From assembly GCA_964016885.1 (NCBI GenBank), contig OZ024743.1, positions 167,276,001 to 167,340,000 on the forward strand: a DNA stretch of 64,000 nt, given 5' to 3'. Position numbers and translations under genes: made by a program. A model generated the notes under the pieces. The model saw only the letters and a list, made by a program, of their open reading frames with translations. It searched no databases and was not told the DNA's origin. The first letter of the stretch is position 1. Each line of letters opens with the position of its first letter. This document shows, piece after piece, positions 12,225 to 24,385 of this stretch. Source of the DNA: Eledone cirrhosa. Its lineage: Eukaryota.

Positions 12225-14669
12225 TTTGGAAAGAGGGATGTATTTAATTATGTCTCATATAAAATAATACAACTGGCTATCCGCAAAATACGTATAGTTA
12301 GCACCCCAAATGTTTTTTGAGTGAGACGGAAGTCGGTCGGAGTATTGCTTAAAGCTTTCTCTGTTAATATATTAAATATATAAATATATATATACTTTTC
12401 TAATTCGATATATATATATATATGCAAAAGTTTTATTTAAAATTGTTGGGTTACAACGAGTAAACATTTTATAACTGATATAAAAGCACTCAACAAGTTT
12501 TGGAGTATATTTACGATATTAAACAAATGGAAACTACATTTATAAAACCATATTTATTTCATTATATATATTTCAGGGATATCATATTACAAATATGGTA
12601 TGCCCTCTTCAGACAAAATACAATATATAAACAGTTTTATAAATAAATTTGACATACCTTAAACTTTACAACTTCCATTTAAAAAGTTGTTTTGGTAGTG
12701 AAAATGTTAAGGACAGTTAGAAAGAAAGACGAAGAGAAAAAGAAAGAAAGTGTATAGTGCTAAGGACAGTTAGAGAGGAAGACGAAGAAAATGAAGAAAT
12801 GTATGTAAAGAAAAAACAACAGAGCGAGATAGAGAGAGAGAGATATGGGAGAGAGAAATATTGAGGAGGTGAAAAATGATAGGCAGCTGGGGCACAGATG
12901 AATAACGTACAAATGAGAGATTTAGGAGGGAAGGGGGTACTGTATTTATCTATTTATTTATTTATTTATTTAGTTATAGTGTTAAGGATACGGAGAGAAA
13001 TAAAAATAAAAATAAAAATAAAAATAAATAAAGAGAGGTAGAGAGAGATATAGGTGGTGGGAGAAAAGAGGTAGATCGAGTAATATCTATTATACGAGGT
13101 GGGAGAGATAGGGGAGGGGTGAGATACAGGAGGTAGAGTTAAATCAGCCGATACATAAGTCCCGTCAAGTGTAGAGGGAGGAGGAGAAGAGATATATTCA
13201 GAAAGAAAGATGATAGATTTAAAATATTATGTTTCATCAGTTTATCAATTCATATGAATTAGGTATTATAATGTAAATATCAATATTCATGAATGAGACA
13301 CATATCAATAATGTGTGAAAAAATAATGACTATATGTTTAGTTTAAAAATTCTTAGGTTTATAATCAAAATATGAGATAAAACTTCAAAAACAATACTGA
13401 AATACATAAGTATATATGTATTTTCATGAAAAAAAAAAAAGAAAAAAGAGAAAGAAAAAAGAGAAGGTTATCTCAAATTCAAGTTGACATTATAGACACA
13501 CATGTGAGTTTACGTGATCAACTCTGTAAATTCTTATTTCACATGAAAATCTTCATTGCGTTACAAAAGATTCTACCATACATATATGTACATACATATA
13601 TATATACATAAAATATACATTATTAATAATAATATTCTTGCCCTCTCTTACATGATTATCGTTCAAGCATAGAATAGACAACAGATATCAATATATTAAA
13701 AACGCCAAGAATATTTCACTCCCCAGAGTATCTAGGGCCGTAAGAAAACACAGTGTGCCCCGCATATCAACCACAGAAATCAACCCTTCCAATTTATTTG
13801 ACAATATATTGCCAAGTTCATTAGAAGCAATCAGAATCAAAAGCAAACAAAACCAAAATTATTCAACAAAACTTATTTAGCAGAAATCATTCAAAAAAAT
13901 TTAGGATACCCAGTTGTTCTACAGATGCTCTTATATTTATTATAGAAGTTTATCTAGCTTAAAATTTATTCAATAGATTGGGAGCATCACCATTTTAAGG
14001 TAGTTTAATTACATCATTAATTATATACTCATGAAGAAGGTTTAAAAAAAAAATTGAAGGAATCGAAAGATTTATCGCCAAGTTTCATAAATAATTAAAT
14101 ATCTTAAGTAAATATACTACATTTTAAATTTATATTTATATTTAAAAGTTGAGTTCAATCTATGTCTGCAGCAACTGAATAAATTGGTCCGTAAATTAAG
14201 GGAATTTTTAGATTTTAGTATAAAGAATATCTCCTCCGCGCAGAGGTCACATGTCTCAGAAGAGGAATTAAAAGAAATCCCTCTTGAGACTATATTCCAA
14301 ACCATCGAATATCCAACGTTATCATGTTTAAGTTGCCAGAGTAAGCCTGATAGTGATGTTGAAGATTTTTTGTTTGGATCCGTGAAAGAATTCTTGTGAT
14401 TATTATAGCGAAGTTTAAATTCTGTCGAGGTGGAACCAACATAATTAAAAGAATTTAAGTCAGTTTTAACATTACAGTTGTATATTATATTTTTAACTAA
14501 GCAATTGTTATTTAACGGACATTTAGATCTATCTCTACAGTTACAGTTGTTTACTTGAATATTGTTTAGGCTATTATCGGTATTTTGGCTAGGTTTTAGA
14601 TTCCTATTATTTATTCTATTAATATTTTGTGCTAAATTTTTGGTGGACGAGTAGGTTAATTTTAAAGTA

Positions 14670-14674
<5 letters not shown>
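12223..14674 (-). mobile_element. Penelope-like element 3' portion (GIY-YIG tail and long 3' region/pLTR), flanked by (TA)n on both sides
   Basis: Minus strand 14117-14674 reads LKLTYSSTKNL...CNCRDRSKCPLNNNCLVKNIIYNC...YVGSTSTEFKLRYNNH...CDLCAEE...SCCRHR. Confidence 0.8.
12555..12620 (-). ncRNA. Type-I hammerhead ribozyme in the PLE 3' region
   Basis: Minus strand reads TATTTTGT CTGAAGA GGGCATACCATAT..ATATGATATCCCT GAAA TATATA TA ATGAAATA; same strand as the PLE ORF. Confidence 0.7.
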
Positions 14675-14747
<73 letters not shown>

Positions 14748-14959
14748 ATTAAAAAAGTAACACACGAGTTGATATATATAAAAACAAATAATAGAAATTG
14801 TTTCAGTAGAAAATGCTGAAGAGATTCTTTCAGTGTAATATCAAAACATTTATTTATTCATATAGAGGATATTTCTGCATTTAATAATGGTAGCGGTTTC
14901 AGCATTATATGCATTGTCAACTGCGGATATGCATAATATGGTTAAGTTCCATATTTATA

Positions 14960-15105
14960 CAAATAATTGTTTCTACTTTTGGCACAAGGCCAGCAATTAC
15001 CCAGTGCATTACTGGTACTTTATTTTATCGACCCCGTAAGGATGAAAGGCAAAGTCCACCCTGGCGGGATTTGAACTCAGAATAGCAAGGGCCGTAACTC
15101 TATGC
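14960..15105 (-). mobile_element. Meta-domain-like SINE copy
   Basis: Near-identical to 5295-5430. Confidence 0.8.
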
Positions 15106-15825
15106 ATCAATAATAAAACATGGAAGGAAAATCATTAATTTTTCCATACATATTTTGAAAGGAGAGTTCATATCTCTGTTCGTGTTTGTCCTTCTTTCTC
15201 TGTTAGTTTGCTAACTTCTGTTAGCCAACTAACAGAGAAAGTGCAGATCTTCCTTCAGGCGGATTGAGTCTGGCTTGGACCAACACTGCCTCGCCTGTCT
15301 CCGATCTGCTTTGCAGCCAAACAGCGGTGCGGTGCTCTCCTCATCAACCGGTACCCTTCTCGATTTCCATGCCAAAATCGTAGACACAGTGACTTCTATA
15401 AAACGATTATAATAGAAACAGGGTCAAGTTTTTGCTGGCCGCTTGATAGAGCGAATGGAACTCTATTGAAGAGACTATCAAATTACTGCTGCATTGGTTC
15501 TCCGCCTAGATCGAAACTAGAGTATCGATCGAAAATTGAAGAGGTAGCAGAATTTGATTGCTGGAGTAACATTTAGTGCATTTAGTAACATTTAGTGCAA
15601 GAACAGCAACTTCGCCCATGTCAGACTTTATCCGTTTTCTGTTAGACCCTTCGTGGTCACGTATAAACTACAAAACAGCTAGTCATTTGACACAGCGGCT
15701 CAACACGGCCCATAGCGCCTCATTTTTCTTCATGCATGCATCCTTCTGCTCAATTATTTTTTCACTGATGTGCTCTTTCAGCATTTTTTCCTGCTGATTC
15801 AATAATCTGTATCGTCTTACGTCTA

Positions 15826-16190
15826 GAGGGGGAGTATTGTAGTGACCTACATTCCGCGGGCTCACATACATTCTCTGTGCGTGATTTGGCTCAGCTCAGC
15901 CAATCAGCGCCACTAGAAGAGAATGTATCTCTACGCGCCCTGGAGGAAAAGTTCCCGCGTTGATTTGAAGAATCAGCCTCTCGCTTCCTGTCTGTGAAAA
16001 GGTAAACATCTAAGTTTCTTTCGTCGTGAAACCACTAGCCAACATGTAACACAACAACTTAACCACGGCCTGGCAACACTTCAGCCAGTGGACCGTGTCT
16101 TCTGAAATCCTTAATTCATTGTTTCTTCTCTCTTGGCATGTCAGCTATTCAGCTCAATCTTCGTAAATAAATATTGTACATACAACCCAG
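15826..16190 (+). mobile_element. Candidate 3' LTR preceded by a polypurine tract (LTR retrotransposon relic)
   Basis: AGAGGGGGAG precedes TGTAGTG at 15838; CCAAT and AATAAA inside; CA end near 16183. Confidence 0.5.
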
Positions 16191-16214
16191 TGTCCTGTTA
16201 TACGTCTAAAAAAC

Positions 16215-17030
16215 GATTTCAATACAAACTTATCTATGAGATCACACAAGGTCAAGTTTTTGGTGGCCATTTGATAGAGGGAATGGAACTCCATTGAAGA
16301 GAGTATCAATTACTGCTACTGCCCAACACCTTAACCTCCACATGTGCGAGCTACACAAATGCCGTTGTGGGTCTGTTGTTGACAAGTTTGACCAGCTGGT
16401 TCCCCCGACATACCACTCTCAACGACTGGACCTAGCAGGCCTCTATTGCGAAGACGGCAAGCATCACGACAAAATTATCCATTCGAAAAAGATAAATCCC
16501 TCATCTGCCTCCAACTTAGTCGCTTCGGACACAAACTCCGGTACTGTGGCCCACAATTCCTAGTACTGGAAGACAACCTAGGCTTGTCCACCCGCTTCCT
16601 CTTTTCACCGATCACCGTCAAGACCTCAGGGGTCCTCAGACTCGGTACTGCCGAATCGGAACGTCAGCAGTCCATCTGAAGAAGGAGCACCACGAGGTGG
16701 GGTGGCTGTTGCAGTGGGTGTTTCTGGCCATTGTCCGCAGAAATACCTTTGCAGCTTTGTCTACCCCCCCCATCCTAGGCTCAGAGCCCATCACCTTCTC
16801 CCCTTCACCTTCCCTTTTTTCTGTGGCCCATGTGTCCTTGCTTTTTCCCTCCTTTTCCTCTCATATATGGCATTTATAGTCCTCCCCTCTACTTTCCCAT
16901 ACAGCCAGATCTGCTCTTCTTTACCCCTCCCCCTCTTTTCATTATTTAATTTGGTTTTTATCTTTCTTTTTCATATTTCCATCATTGTATAATTTCTTTT
17001 TGTAAAATATGTTTGACATAATAAAAGTTA
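16215..17030 (+). mobile_element. CRE-clade (RLE-type) LINE 3' fragment, degenerate; a related short piece lies at ~15400-15530
   Basis: NGTPL..SI.TAQHLNL..CELHKCRCGSVVD, GL.CEDGK..D, F.P.TVKTSG, W.LQW..LAIVRRN; AT-rich 3'UTR. Confidence 0.65.
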
Positions 17031-17039
17031 TGTATATCT

Positions 17040-17540
17040 TTATAATCTTTATTCAATGTTGTATAAAAAGAAATATAATTATACAATGCTTACAGAACGA
17101 AAGCACAAAGGAAAGGGAAAAGAAAAAAAGAAAAAAAAGAAAAAGTAACACAGAAACAGTTAGCACACGCATCTAGGACCATATACTACAAAAGGTAGGC
17201 GAAAGGGGTGGACAACCGAGGCGCTACCAGAGTAAAAGATAACGATATCGTGAGGAGCACTGAGAAACCTCTTTAATAATTTTTTAGGCAACCCAGCACG
17301 CTCGCGGCGTTACCTCGAGTGATGGCGAGACTGATGCGCTGGAACAACCAAGCACCCTCACGAACTTCACCAGTTACCTCTCTTAGGCGAACCGCCAGTG
17401 AAGATAGGAATCTCGCTGTCAGTAGCCCGACTCCCCCAAACGTCTCGAACGCCACAAGCTGGAAAATGTAGTTGGCCGACAAATCACGGTATTTTAAGAT
17501 TTTGTTCCATTCGGCTGCGGAAGCTAGCCGTCCCTGCCGG
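17040..17540 (-). mobile_element. CRE-clade LINE 3' end
   Basis: KYRDLSANYIFQLVAFETFGGVG...WLFQRISLAITRGNAASVLG, the characteristic CRE C-terminus. Confidence 0.8.
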
Positions 17541-18623
17541 ACGTGTCTCCGCTTAAGTCAGCAGCAACAAGCCTACTTAGCCTTACCCGAACGAAAGCTA
17601 GGAAATTCCGCAACTAATCATTCATCTTAACGTTATCTCAATAATTATGCGATCGGTACCACTACATCTCTCAACAAGATATGATTTCTGCTCTGTTAAC
17701 CTGGCTTTCATACACTGAAGCATTAAGACTGCAGTAACTCAACCACTCTTACAACACGAGGGTTGCATTTACAAGCAAAAGAAAAAGAAAAGAAAACACG
17801 GGAAAATTAACTCAAAAACAAACAAAAAAGATCTAACTCCTTACTTCTCCAAATTTTTATCGGTGAAGATTCTCATCAAACATCTGCTACGCAATGAGTT
17901 AATTTTTGAAGCCCCAAGTTCAAGCAGCGATTCGGCAGTCTTGGAAAAGTTAAACCTACATAAGTGGATATAATTCAGACTAAAGGTCAAACCTGTAGTG
18001 ATTGAATGAATTCCTCCACAATTTAGCTGTTCATATTATAGATCATCTTCCTGTGTTCAAATATGAAACCACAGAAGCATCACTATCGTAGCCCTGTTCG
18101 TTTTTCACTGACACTGACACGATTTGCATCGGTTAAACAGCTCGTACACAACGACTAACGCAACACCCAACCAAAATAGAAAAAATCGATTATTTTTGTC
18201 TACGACCTCTTAACTCCATGGTCAATTAATCAATTAACACTTTTTGCTTTCTTATCGTTTTTTCTAAGAAAAAAAAAATTCATCCACCATCTTCAGTTAA
18301 TTTCAATATTTTTTTCTCAATTCCAACTTCTTCTCTTCAATGTTTTAATATCTCACTGTCCTATTCTTGCACCTCTATAGAATTTGCTATTTTAAATATT
18401 TACTCACACACAACATCCATCTCTACATCTCACACTCATCTCCCTGTATTTGGTACACCTCATAATTCTTGTTTTTTATTTTCCTTTGCCTGCTCTCCTT
18501 GTTTTCTTTCTTTTTTTTCTTTTTCCTCTTTTTTTAAATCTCAATCTCCCCCTCCCCGATATTTCAATATCACCTCTCTATCTTTGCTATGCTTTTACAA
18601 TTTTTAAATTTACTACGGATTCA

Positions 18624-18772
18624 CCCATGTGGAATCTCACACACTCACACAGTTTTTGATTTTATTGCGGTCTTGCCCATGTGGAATCTTACACGTACTG
18701 ACAGTTTTTTAATTTCCTGAGGATTTACCAATGTGAAATATTACACAAACTCGCAGCCTTTCAATTTTTATT
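18624..18772. repeat. 52-bp minisatellite, ~3 diverged units
   Basis: CCCATGTGGAATCT(C/T)ACAC recurs at 18624, 18676 and ~18728. Confidence 0.75.
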
Positions 18773-18993
18773 TCTAATGTTTTTTCTTCTCTTTGCATGC
18801 TCATTTCACTTTCTCTTCCACTGTATTTATGTGCCTTCCACATGACCACACTCATCTCCACGCACTCATACCCCCCCCCCCATTTCTCCACTTTCTATTC
18901 TTCCCTCCGCTTACCCCTAACTTCGTCCTCAGCCCACCTGTCTTCGCTCGTCCCGTTAGTGACCCGATGTTTTGATAGATCTATCACCGGCGA

Positions 18994-20550
18994 TTGCCAA
19001 TTCATAAAGTTGCCTCCACTTTAGGTGGTGGAGGCTTGCGTCGAACGACTAAGAGACCTGCTTGGTGGAATGACTATGTGACAATAGGTAAGCCTTCCAT
19101 CTCTCATTCTCCACCAACTTCGGCACGCACGAGAGGAACTAACGTGTTCCACCTATTTCTCTCCTCTCCACCGCTGGTTCCGAACGGAATTAACCCTGCA
19201 AACCCCACCACTCCTACAACTGTTAGCCCACCTCCAGCACCACCCAACCTCCGTTCTAGTCCCACCGATAGAACCAATGCTGCTTACCCTGCCTCTTTTA
19301 CTAGTTCACTCCGTCACTCGATTTCCAACGCTGGCCCTCTACCGCCAGTCGCTGCCAGCTCACCACCTGATTGTGCTCTCTGTGCCCGCACTAGCCGATA
19401 CCTAAAGATAATTAAATGTCACCAGTGCTACCAACATCCCCATAGGAGCTGTGTCGACATCACCAAGGCTCAAGCCGAAAGGTTTCAATACTGGACCTGC
19501 TATCAGTGCCACTTTATCTCCGACGTACTCCGTGGAGACATCCCACGCTTCGATGACCAGCTCTCTACCGAGGAATTTGTTGCAGCCCTCCAGGGTTTAT
19601 CTAAATCGAAGCTCGTCAACCGGATCCCTAAGGGAGCTCGGAATAGCTTTGCACGTGCCCCCTCCAATCTATTGAAAAATGTTTGTTTATGCAACAATAT
19701 ATCTGACTGGCAGAAACTGTTTTTGTTCCCTCTCATCTCTCTTCACGTGCACAATGCGAAATCGGGCTCCCTCACGCCCTCTCTCAAGCAACAGTTCCAG
19801 CTGTTAGAGTTTACCCCAATCACTTCTCACCACAGTTTAACATTGATCTCGGTGCCTACCAACAGGCAACCGATAAACTTCAAGTGTGTGGTTAATGCCA
19901 AATTCAGCGAATTTGACATTAATGGGGCTGTCCTCCCTCGCTCCGTGTAACTGATTCTCTTGAATGACTGAAAGAGAAGCACCCCCAGATGATCAGTTAC
20001 ACTGACGCCGGACTTGAGCTCTTGGAGAGTCTGACTCAGTTTGTGAATCAGTTCTCTTCAGTGAACGTTCTCCCATATATCCGCCCACTTTTCTTCGGTG
20101 CGAAATTATTCGGTCTCACTATAACCAACGGAGACATGCGCCCCATTGCAGTTGGTTGAACTCTTCGCCATTTCAGTGCAAAGGTGTGTTTGCTATCGGT
20201 CTCTGACTCACTATCGGCAGAATTTTCCCCCATCTAGCAAGAGGTGGGTACCAAGCTGAGATGTGAGGCTGCTGCCCACGCTACCAGAGCCTTTACCAAC
20301 TTGCCCTCCATGTCCCCCAGGGTCATCCTCAAACTTGACCTCAAGAACGCTGTCAGCCGCTATGTCGTCTTCAGTTCAGTATGAGAGAAGGTCGCCCACT
20401 TTGCTTGGCAGGCTAATCGGGAGCCCTCCTACCTCTCTTTAGGTGACCAAATCATCACCTCTGCCACAGGAGTCCAACAGGGTGACCCACTCAGACCCGT
20501 TCTGATTGCACTGGGCATTGGTGTCATCACCAAGATGAGCGAGTTACAGC
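18994..20550 (+). mobile_element. CRE-clade LINE 5' portion: N-terminal PHD finger and degenerate RT
   Basis: CALC..CHQC....HRSC..WTCYQC; RIPKGAR; further on MRPIAVG.TLR, CEAAAHA, ILKLDLKNA, GVQQGDPL. Confidence 0.8.
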
Positions 20551-20764
20551 TGACCTTGCCAAAAACTAAAAATAAAATTAGAATTTTATTTCTCGCTCTA
20601 GCACAGCTGATACATAAATGTAAGTCTGCATACGTACACACATATATATACACACACACACACATATCGCTTTCGCTTTCTTTTTTTTCCTCCCTTTCCT
20701 TTATATTATATTTGTTTGTGCTTTCGTTCTGTAAGCATTGTATTATTATATTTCTTGTTACGAT

Positions 20765-20872
20765 CTGAGTTCAAATCCCGCCGAGGTTGACTTTGCCTTT
20801 CATCCTTACGGGGTCGATAAAATAAAGTACCAGTAATGCACTGGCCTTGTGCCTAAAGTAGAAACAATTATT
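20765..20872 (+). mobile_element. Meta-domain-like SINE fragment (another at 21463-21555)
   Basis: GAGTTCAAATCCCGCCGAGGTTGACTTTGCCTTTCATCCTTACGGGGTCGATAAAATAAAGTACCAG. Confidence 0.8.
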
Positions 20873-20983
20873 ATAGTTCTTGTTATATAACATTGAATAA
20901 AGGTTGGACAATATAAATAAAAATGATAATAATACCCAAAGCCTAAACCAAAAATCTTTATAATCTATTGTGAAATATTTCTA

Positions 20984-21053
20984 TTTGAATGTCAATTGTT
21001 GTTATTCGATTGGTCCGTTGATAGTCTGACGTCACCAGGCTCCAAATTTCAAA
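20984..21053 (+). promoter_or_regulatory. Putative promoter of the PARPBP-like gene (CHR, inverted CCAAT, CRE)
   Basis: TTTGAA 20984-20989, ATTGG 21009-21013, TGACGTCA 21027-21034, TTCAAA 21048-21053; AG|GTAACT donor ~60 bp downstream. Confidence 0.5.
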
Positions 21054-21111
21054 CTTTATATTCGACGTATTTAACTTTGTACGCAGAACAATATCACACA
21101 AACAACTTTAG
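21054..21111 (+). other. Putative non-coding exon 1 of the PARPBP-like gene (start approximate)
   Basis: Donor GTAACT at 21112. The first coding exon begins with an acceptor just before its ATG, which implies an upstream non-coding exon. Confidence 0.45.
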
Positions 21112-22799
21112 GTAACTAATTTAACTTTTTCTTTTTAAATCATTAATTTGCCAAATTATTTCGTTTTTAACCTCTTTCCTAATTTACTGTTAACAAGAAC
21201 GTTTATTGTACCATATTATTTTTTTGTGTATTACTTTTCATATATACATAGTCAAATATAATTTACATATTACAAAACCTATCAAAATTTAAGATAAATT
21301 ATCATTTCAATATTCGTTAATAAGGTTACAAAATGCATATTTTCTATCCATTTAATGAATCCACATATTTTTATTTTAAACATTAGTTATTGTTTGTAAG
21401 TATGTAAATATGTGAGTGTAGATAAATCTATTCGGATGGCAACTAAATGAAACAACTAAGCTATTTGCCTTTCATCCTTACGGGGTCGATAAAATAAAGT
21501 ACCAGTAATGTGCTGGATAATTGTTGGCCTTGTGCCTAAAGTAGAAACAATTATTAGAATAAGCTAGTTACAGTGTATTACGATGTATATTTGTTAGCTT
21601 TTCTTCCACCAATCCTTAGTATACTTTTAGTTAAAACGTCTAACTTATTGTACTATTCTCTCTCTCTCTCTATCGAGAAAATTGGTTATGATGTTTATGC
21701 CTTTCTGTTCGTTCGATTGCAAATGTATCAACCCGTTTCCTATTTCTTATCAACAACTCTATTTGTATAAACTTTAAATTTGTGTTAAAATGCGAAGCCA
21801 AATGCTTCAACATGTCTAAGTCTTTGAGCCATACATGTATATAGTCGTGTATAATGTGTGTGTATAGTGTATGTATGTGTATATATATATATATATATAT
21901 AAGCAAGTATTGCACTAATAAAAATAAAACGTCGTGTGTTGTTTTCTTATGACCAGGTGTCAGATTTGACCAAACAAACATGATAAAAGGAATTCTAACC
22001 GTGACTACCTCGTCTTTTTAGAGGTATTTATCGGACTACATTATTCTATGTAATTTCCATATTTAAAATATTGTATGATTTCTATTTTTACCATGACAAG
22101 CGATCACGTAGGAGCTCGCTTGATCTTTAATTCGTCGTGACCTGCCATTTCAAACAGCTGGTTAATTATGCCAAATTGTTAATACATATATATAATTAAA
22201 ATAAACTGGACAAAGTTAATACAGTTATTGTTCAGTTTGTATATACACAGAATAAAAGTAACCGAGACTGTAAATGTGTATATATAGATATACACAATGA
22301 GTGTATAGACACGTAAACAAGTAGCGAAATAAATGTTTTTCGCTACATGTTCTGTCTGCGACTTCGCAGAGAAGAAAATAGATACATTCTCCTAATGGTA
22401 GGATTTACGCGGCGATACTTGGTTTTCCAAGTATCGCCCAAATCGTTTGCAATTCTTTCAGAATGAAAATATAAACAGAGCATATAAATAAATTTACAGT
22501 AGAATAACATAACAAATATGTTTTAAATATATACATAAATAACATTACAAATGCTTCGATAACATTATAAATAGCTCGCGATTCATTCAGAAAGATATAT
22601 TCTTTTAATGTTACAATATTAAAGAAAATGTAAAGGAAGGAGTGAACAACCGAGCCAACACCAGAGCAAAAGACAGCAACGTCGCGAGGAGTACTGGGCA
22701 ATAAATATACACGACGGTGATGTATGGAACACTTTTGATCATAGATCAACTGAATCAGGAGTAACCTGAGACAATAAATTAAATTCTATTCTCAGCTAG

Positions 22800-23005
22800 G
22801 TTCACCAGACCAGTGCTTATTCCCGGTTTACTTGGCATTAAGCGACTAAGAGCACAAGACTCTCCCTGGACAGGACGCTGGTCTATCGCAAGATTAACTC
22901 CCTCCCCACCTATTGCTGGTACTCAGCTGAGTATACTGGAGCAACGTGAATTAAAGTGTTTTGCTCCAGAACACCATACACGACTCGATCCAGGAATCGA
23001 ACTGT
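22800..23005 (-). mobile_element. tRNA-derived SINE, diverged (same family at 23690-23890 - and 27835-28100 +)
   Basis: B-box GTTCGATTCCTGG; central CACGTTGCTCCAGT..ACTCAGCTG; (C)TTGCGAT(A/G)GAC(C/T)(A/G)GC(A/G)TCCTGTC motif shared with the other copies. Confidence 0.65.
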
Positions 23006-23304
23006 CGTCTTCTGTTGTGATGCCTTTGTTCATAGCTGTGAAATTGGTAGTGTTGTTTCTGCTGGATCGGCTGACCACATTGAAGCTCCCTGTTGGTATT
23101 TTGTTACTTCTCTAATACCACATTGCCTCAGTTCTTGAGAATAGATAAGATTTTTTTTTTTCTAGAAACTTTACCTGCATTAATCTAGAGTAATGATCTG
23201 GTTTGGATTCATATCTTATCTGTTTAGTACAACTAAAAATGGAATTTGCCTTACTTTATGGATCTTTCTTATTTGTGGACTTTTAAACCAATTTCTTCAG
23301 CAGG

Positions 23305-23407
23305 ATGTCAGAACCAAGAATTTATCTAATCATTGATTGGGAAACAGAAAGCATTGAATCTATACTTACTGAGCTAATTAAAGATATCTTCCAAAATGGG
23401 AATGCTG
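23305..23407 (+). CDS. PARPBP: PARP1-binding protein / PCNA-interacting partner (PARI)-like, first coding exon
   Basis: ttcttCAGCAG|G ATG; encodes MSEPRIYLIIDWETESIESILTELIKDIFQNGNA+G; donor GTGAGT; phase 1 joins the next exon to give GAT (Asp). Confidence 0.7.
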
Positions 23408-24385
23408 GTGAGTATCAACACTCTATTTTATAAAAAAATTATGTATAGTTGTTGTTTGGCCAAAGTTTTTATTGAACAGGTATTGGATGAAAGGTAATCC
23501 AGATGAAGCCTTTCTGCCTTTTCGTGCATCATTATATCAAGGACTACATCCTCCTGTGTTTTTTAAGTTATTTAGGTGGGATTTGAGGGAGATTTAGCTG
23601 TAATTTCTAGCAGATTGAGTTACTGTATAGAGACTTTGTGATTGGCTCAAATGTGGCTTACATAATTGTTAAAAGTCTAAACTCTGTCTTCAGCCCTGAG
23701 GCTCATCAATCTGGTGCTTATACCAGTTTCCATAGCATTAAGCAACTGAGAGTACAAGAATTTCCCCTGGACAGCAGTACTCATTTTCAGCTGAGTACAC
23801 TGCTCAAGAACACAACATATAACCCAGTCCAAGAATCGAACCCACAACATGATCATAAGTCCAACACCCTTATCACTAGGTGCTGTGTCTCCACATAATT
23901 GTTACTTTAACTTTTTTTCTAAATTGTTTTACAACTGGTTGTTCTTCCAACTGCTTACCAATGAAATGTGAAGTAAGAATGGAACCTCTTGTTTGTCAAT
24001 TGGACAAGTAGCTATGTGTCTTACTCAAGGAAAGTAATGTGCCTAGTTCAGAAATAGTTCAGCTTGGTAGCTATAGTAATGTTGGAACTTAATGACAATG
24101 TCAGTAACCCAGTACTTTGACTCTTATCATCACCCTCTACCACCTGAAAGCATATAAACAAGACATTCTTGAAAAGTACAAAATAATATTATAACTGCAT
24201 TATATTAAAAATTGACGTCTTTAATCTAATTCTGCAAATTTTTGCAATGTGCTCTCCACAAATAAAGATAATATAAACATTTAAGTTAACAAACCTTGTT
24301 TTTACACATTTTCTGCTAAATCATTACAGGATGTTAAGAGTTAACCTCACAGCCACTATACCTCTTTATTATTTTCAACATAATT

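Noticed and set aside
14812-14935. Hammerhead-like motifs (CTGAAGA GAT..ATC AAAA on +, and a TTGACAA..GAAA variant on -)
   Set aside because: Core nucleotides are mutated and stems I/III are not convincing.
17560-18240. Divergent gene exon on the minus strand
   Set aside because: Donor-like sites are present, but the frame I translated is interrupted and no homology is recognisable.
18624-18772. CRISPR-like array or C2H2 zinc-finger repeats
   Set aside because: Eukaryotic context, whole units are homologous with no unique spacers, and the 52-bp period is not a codon multiple.
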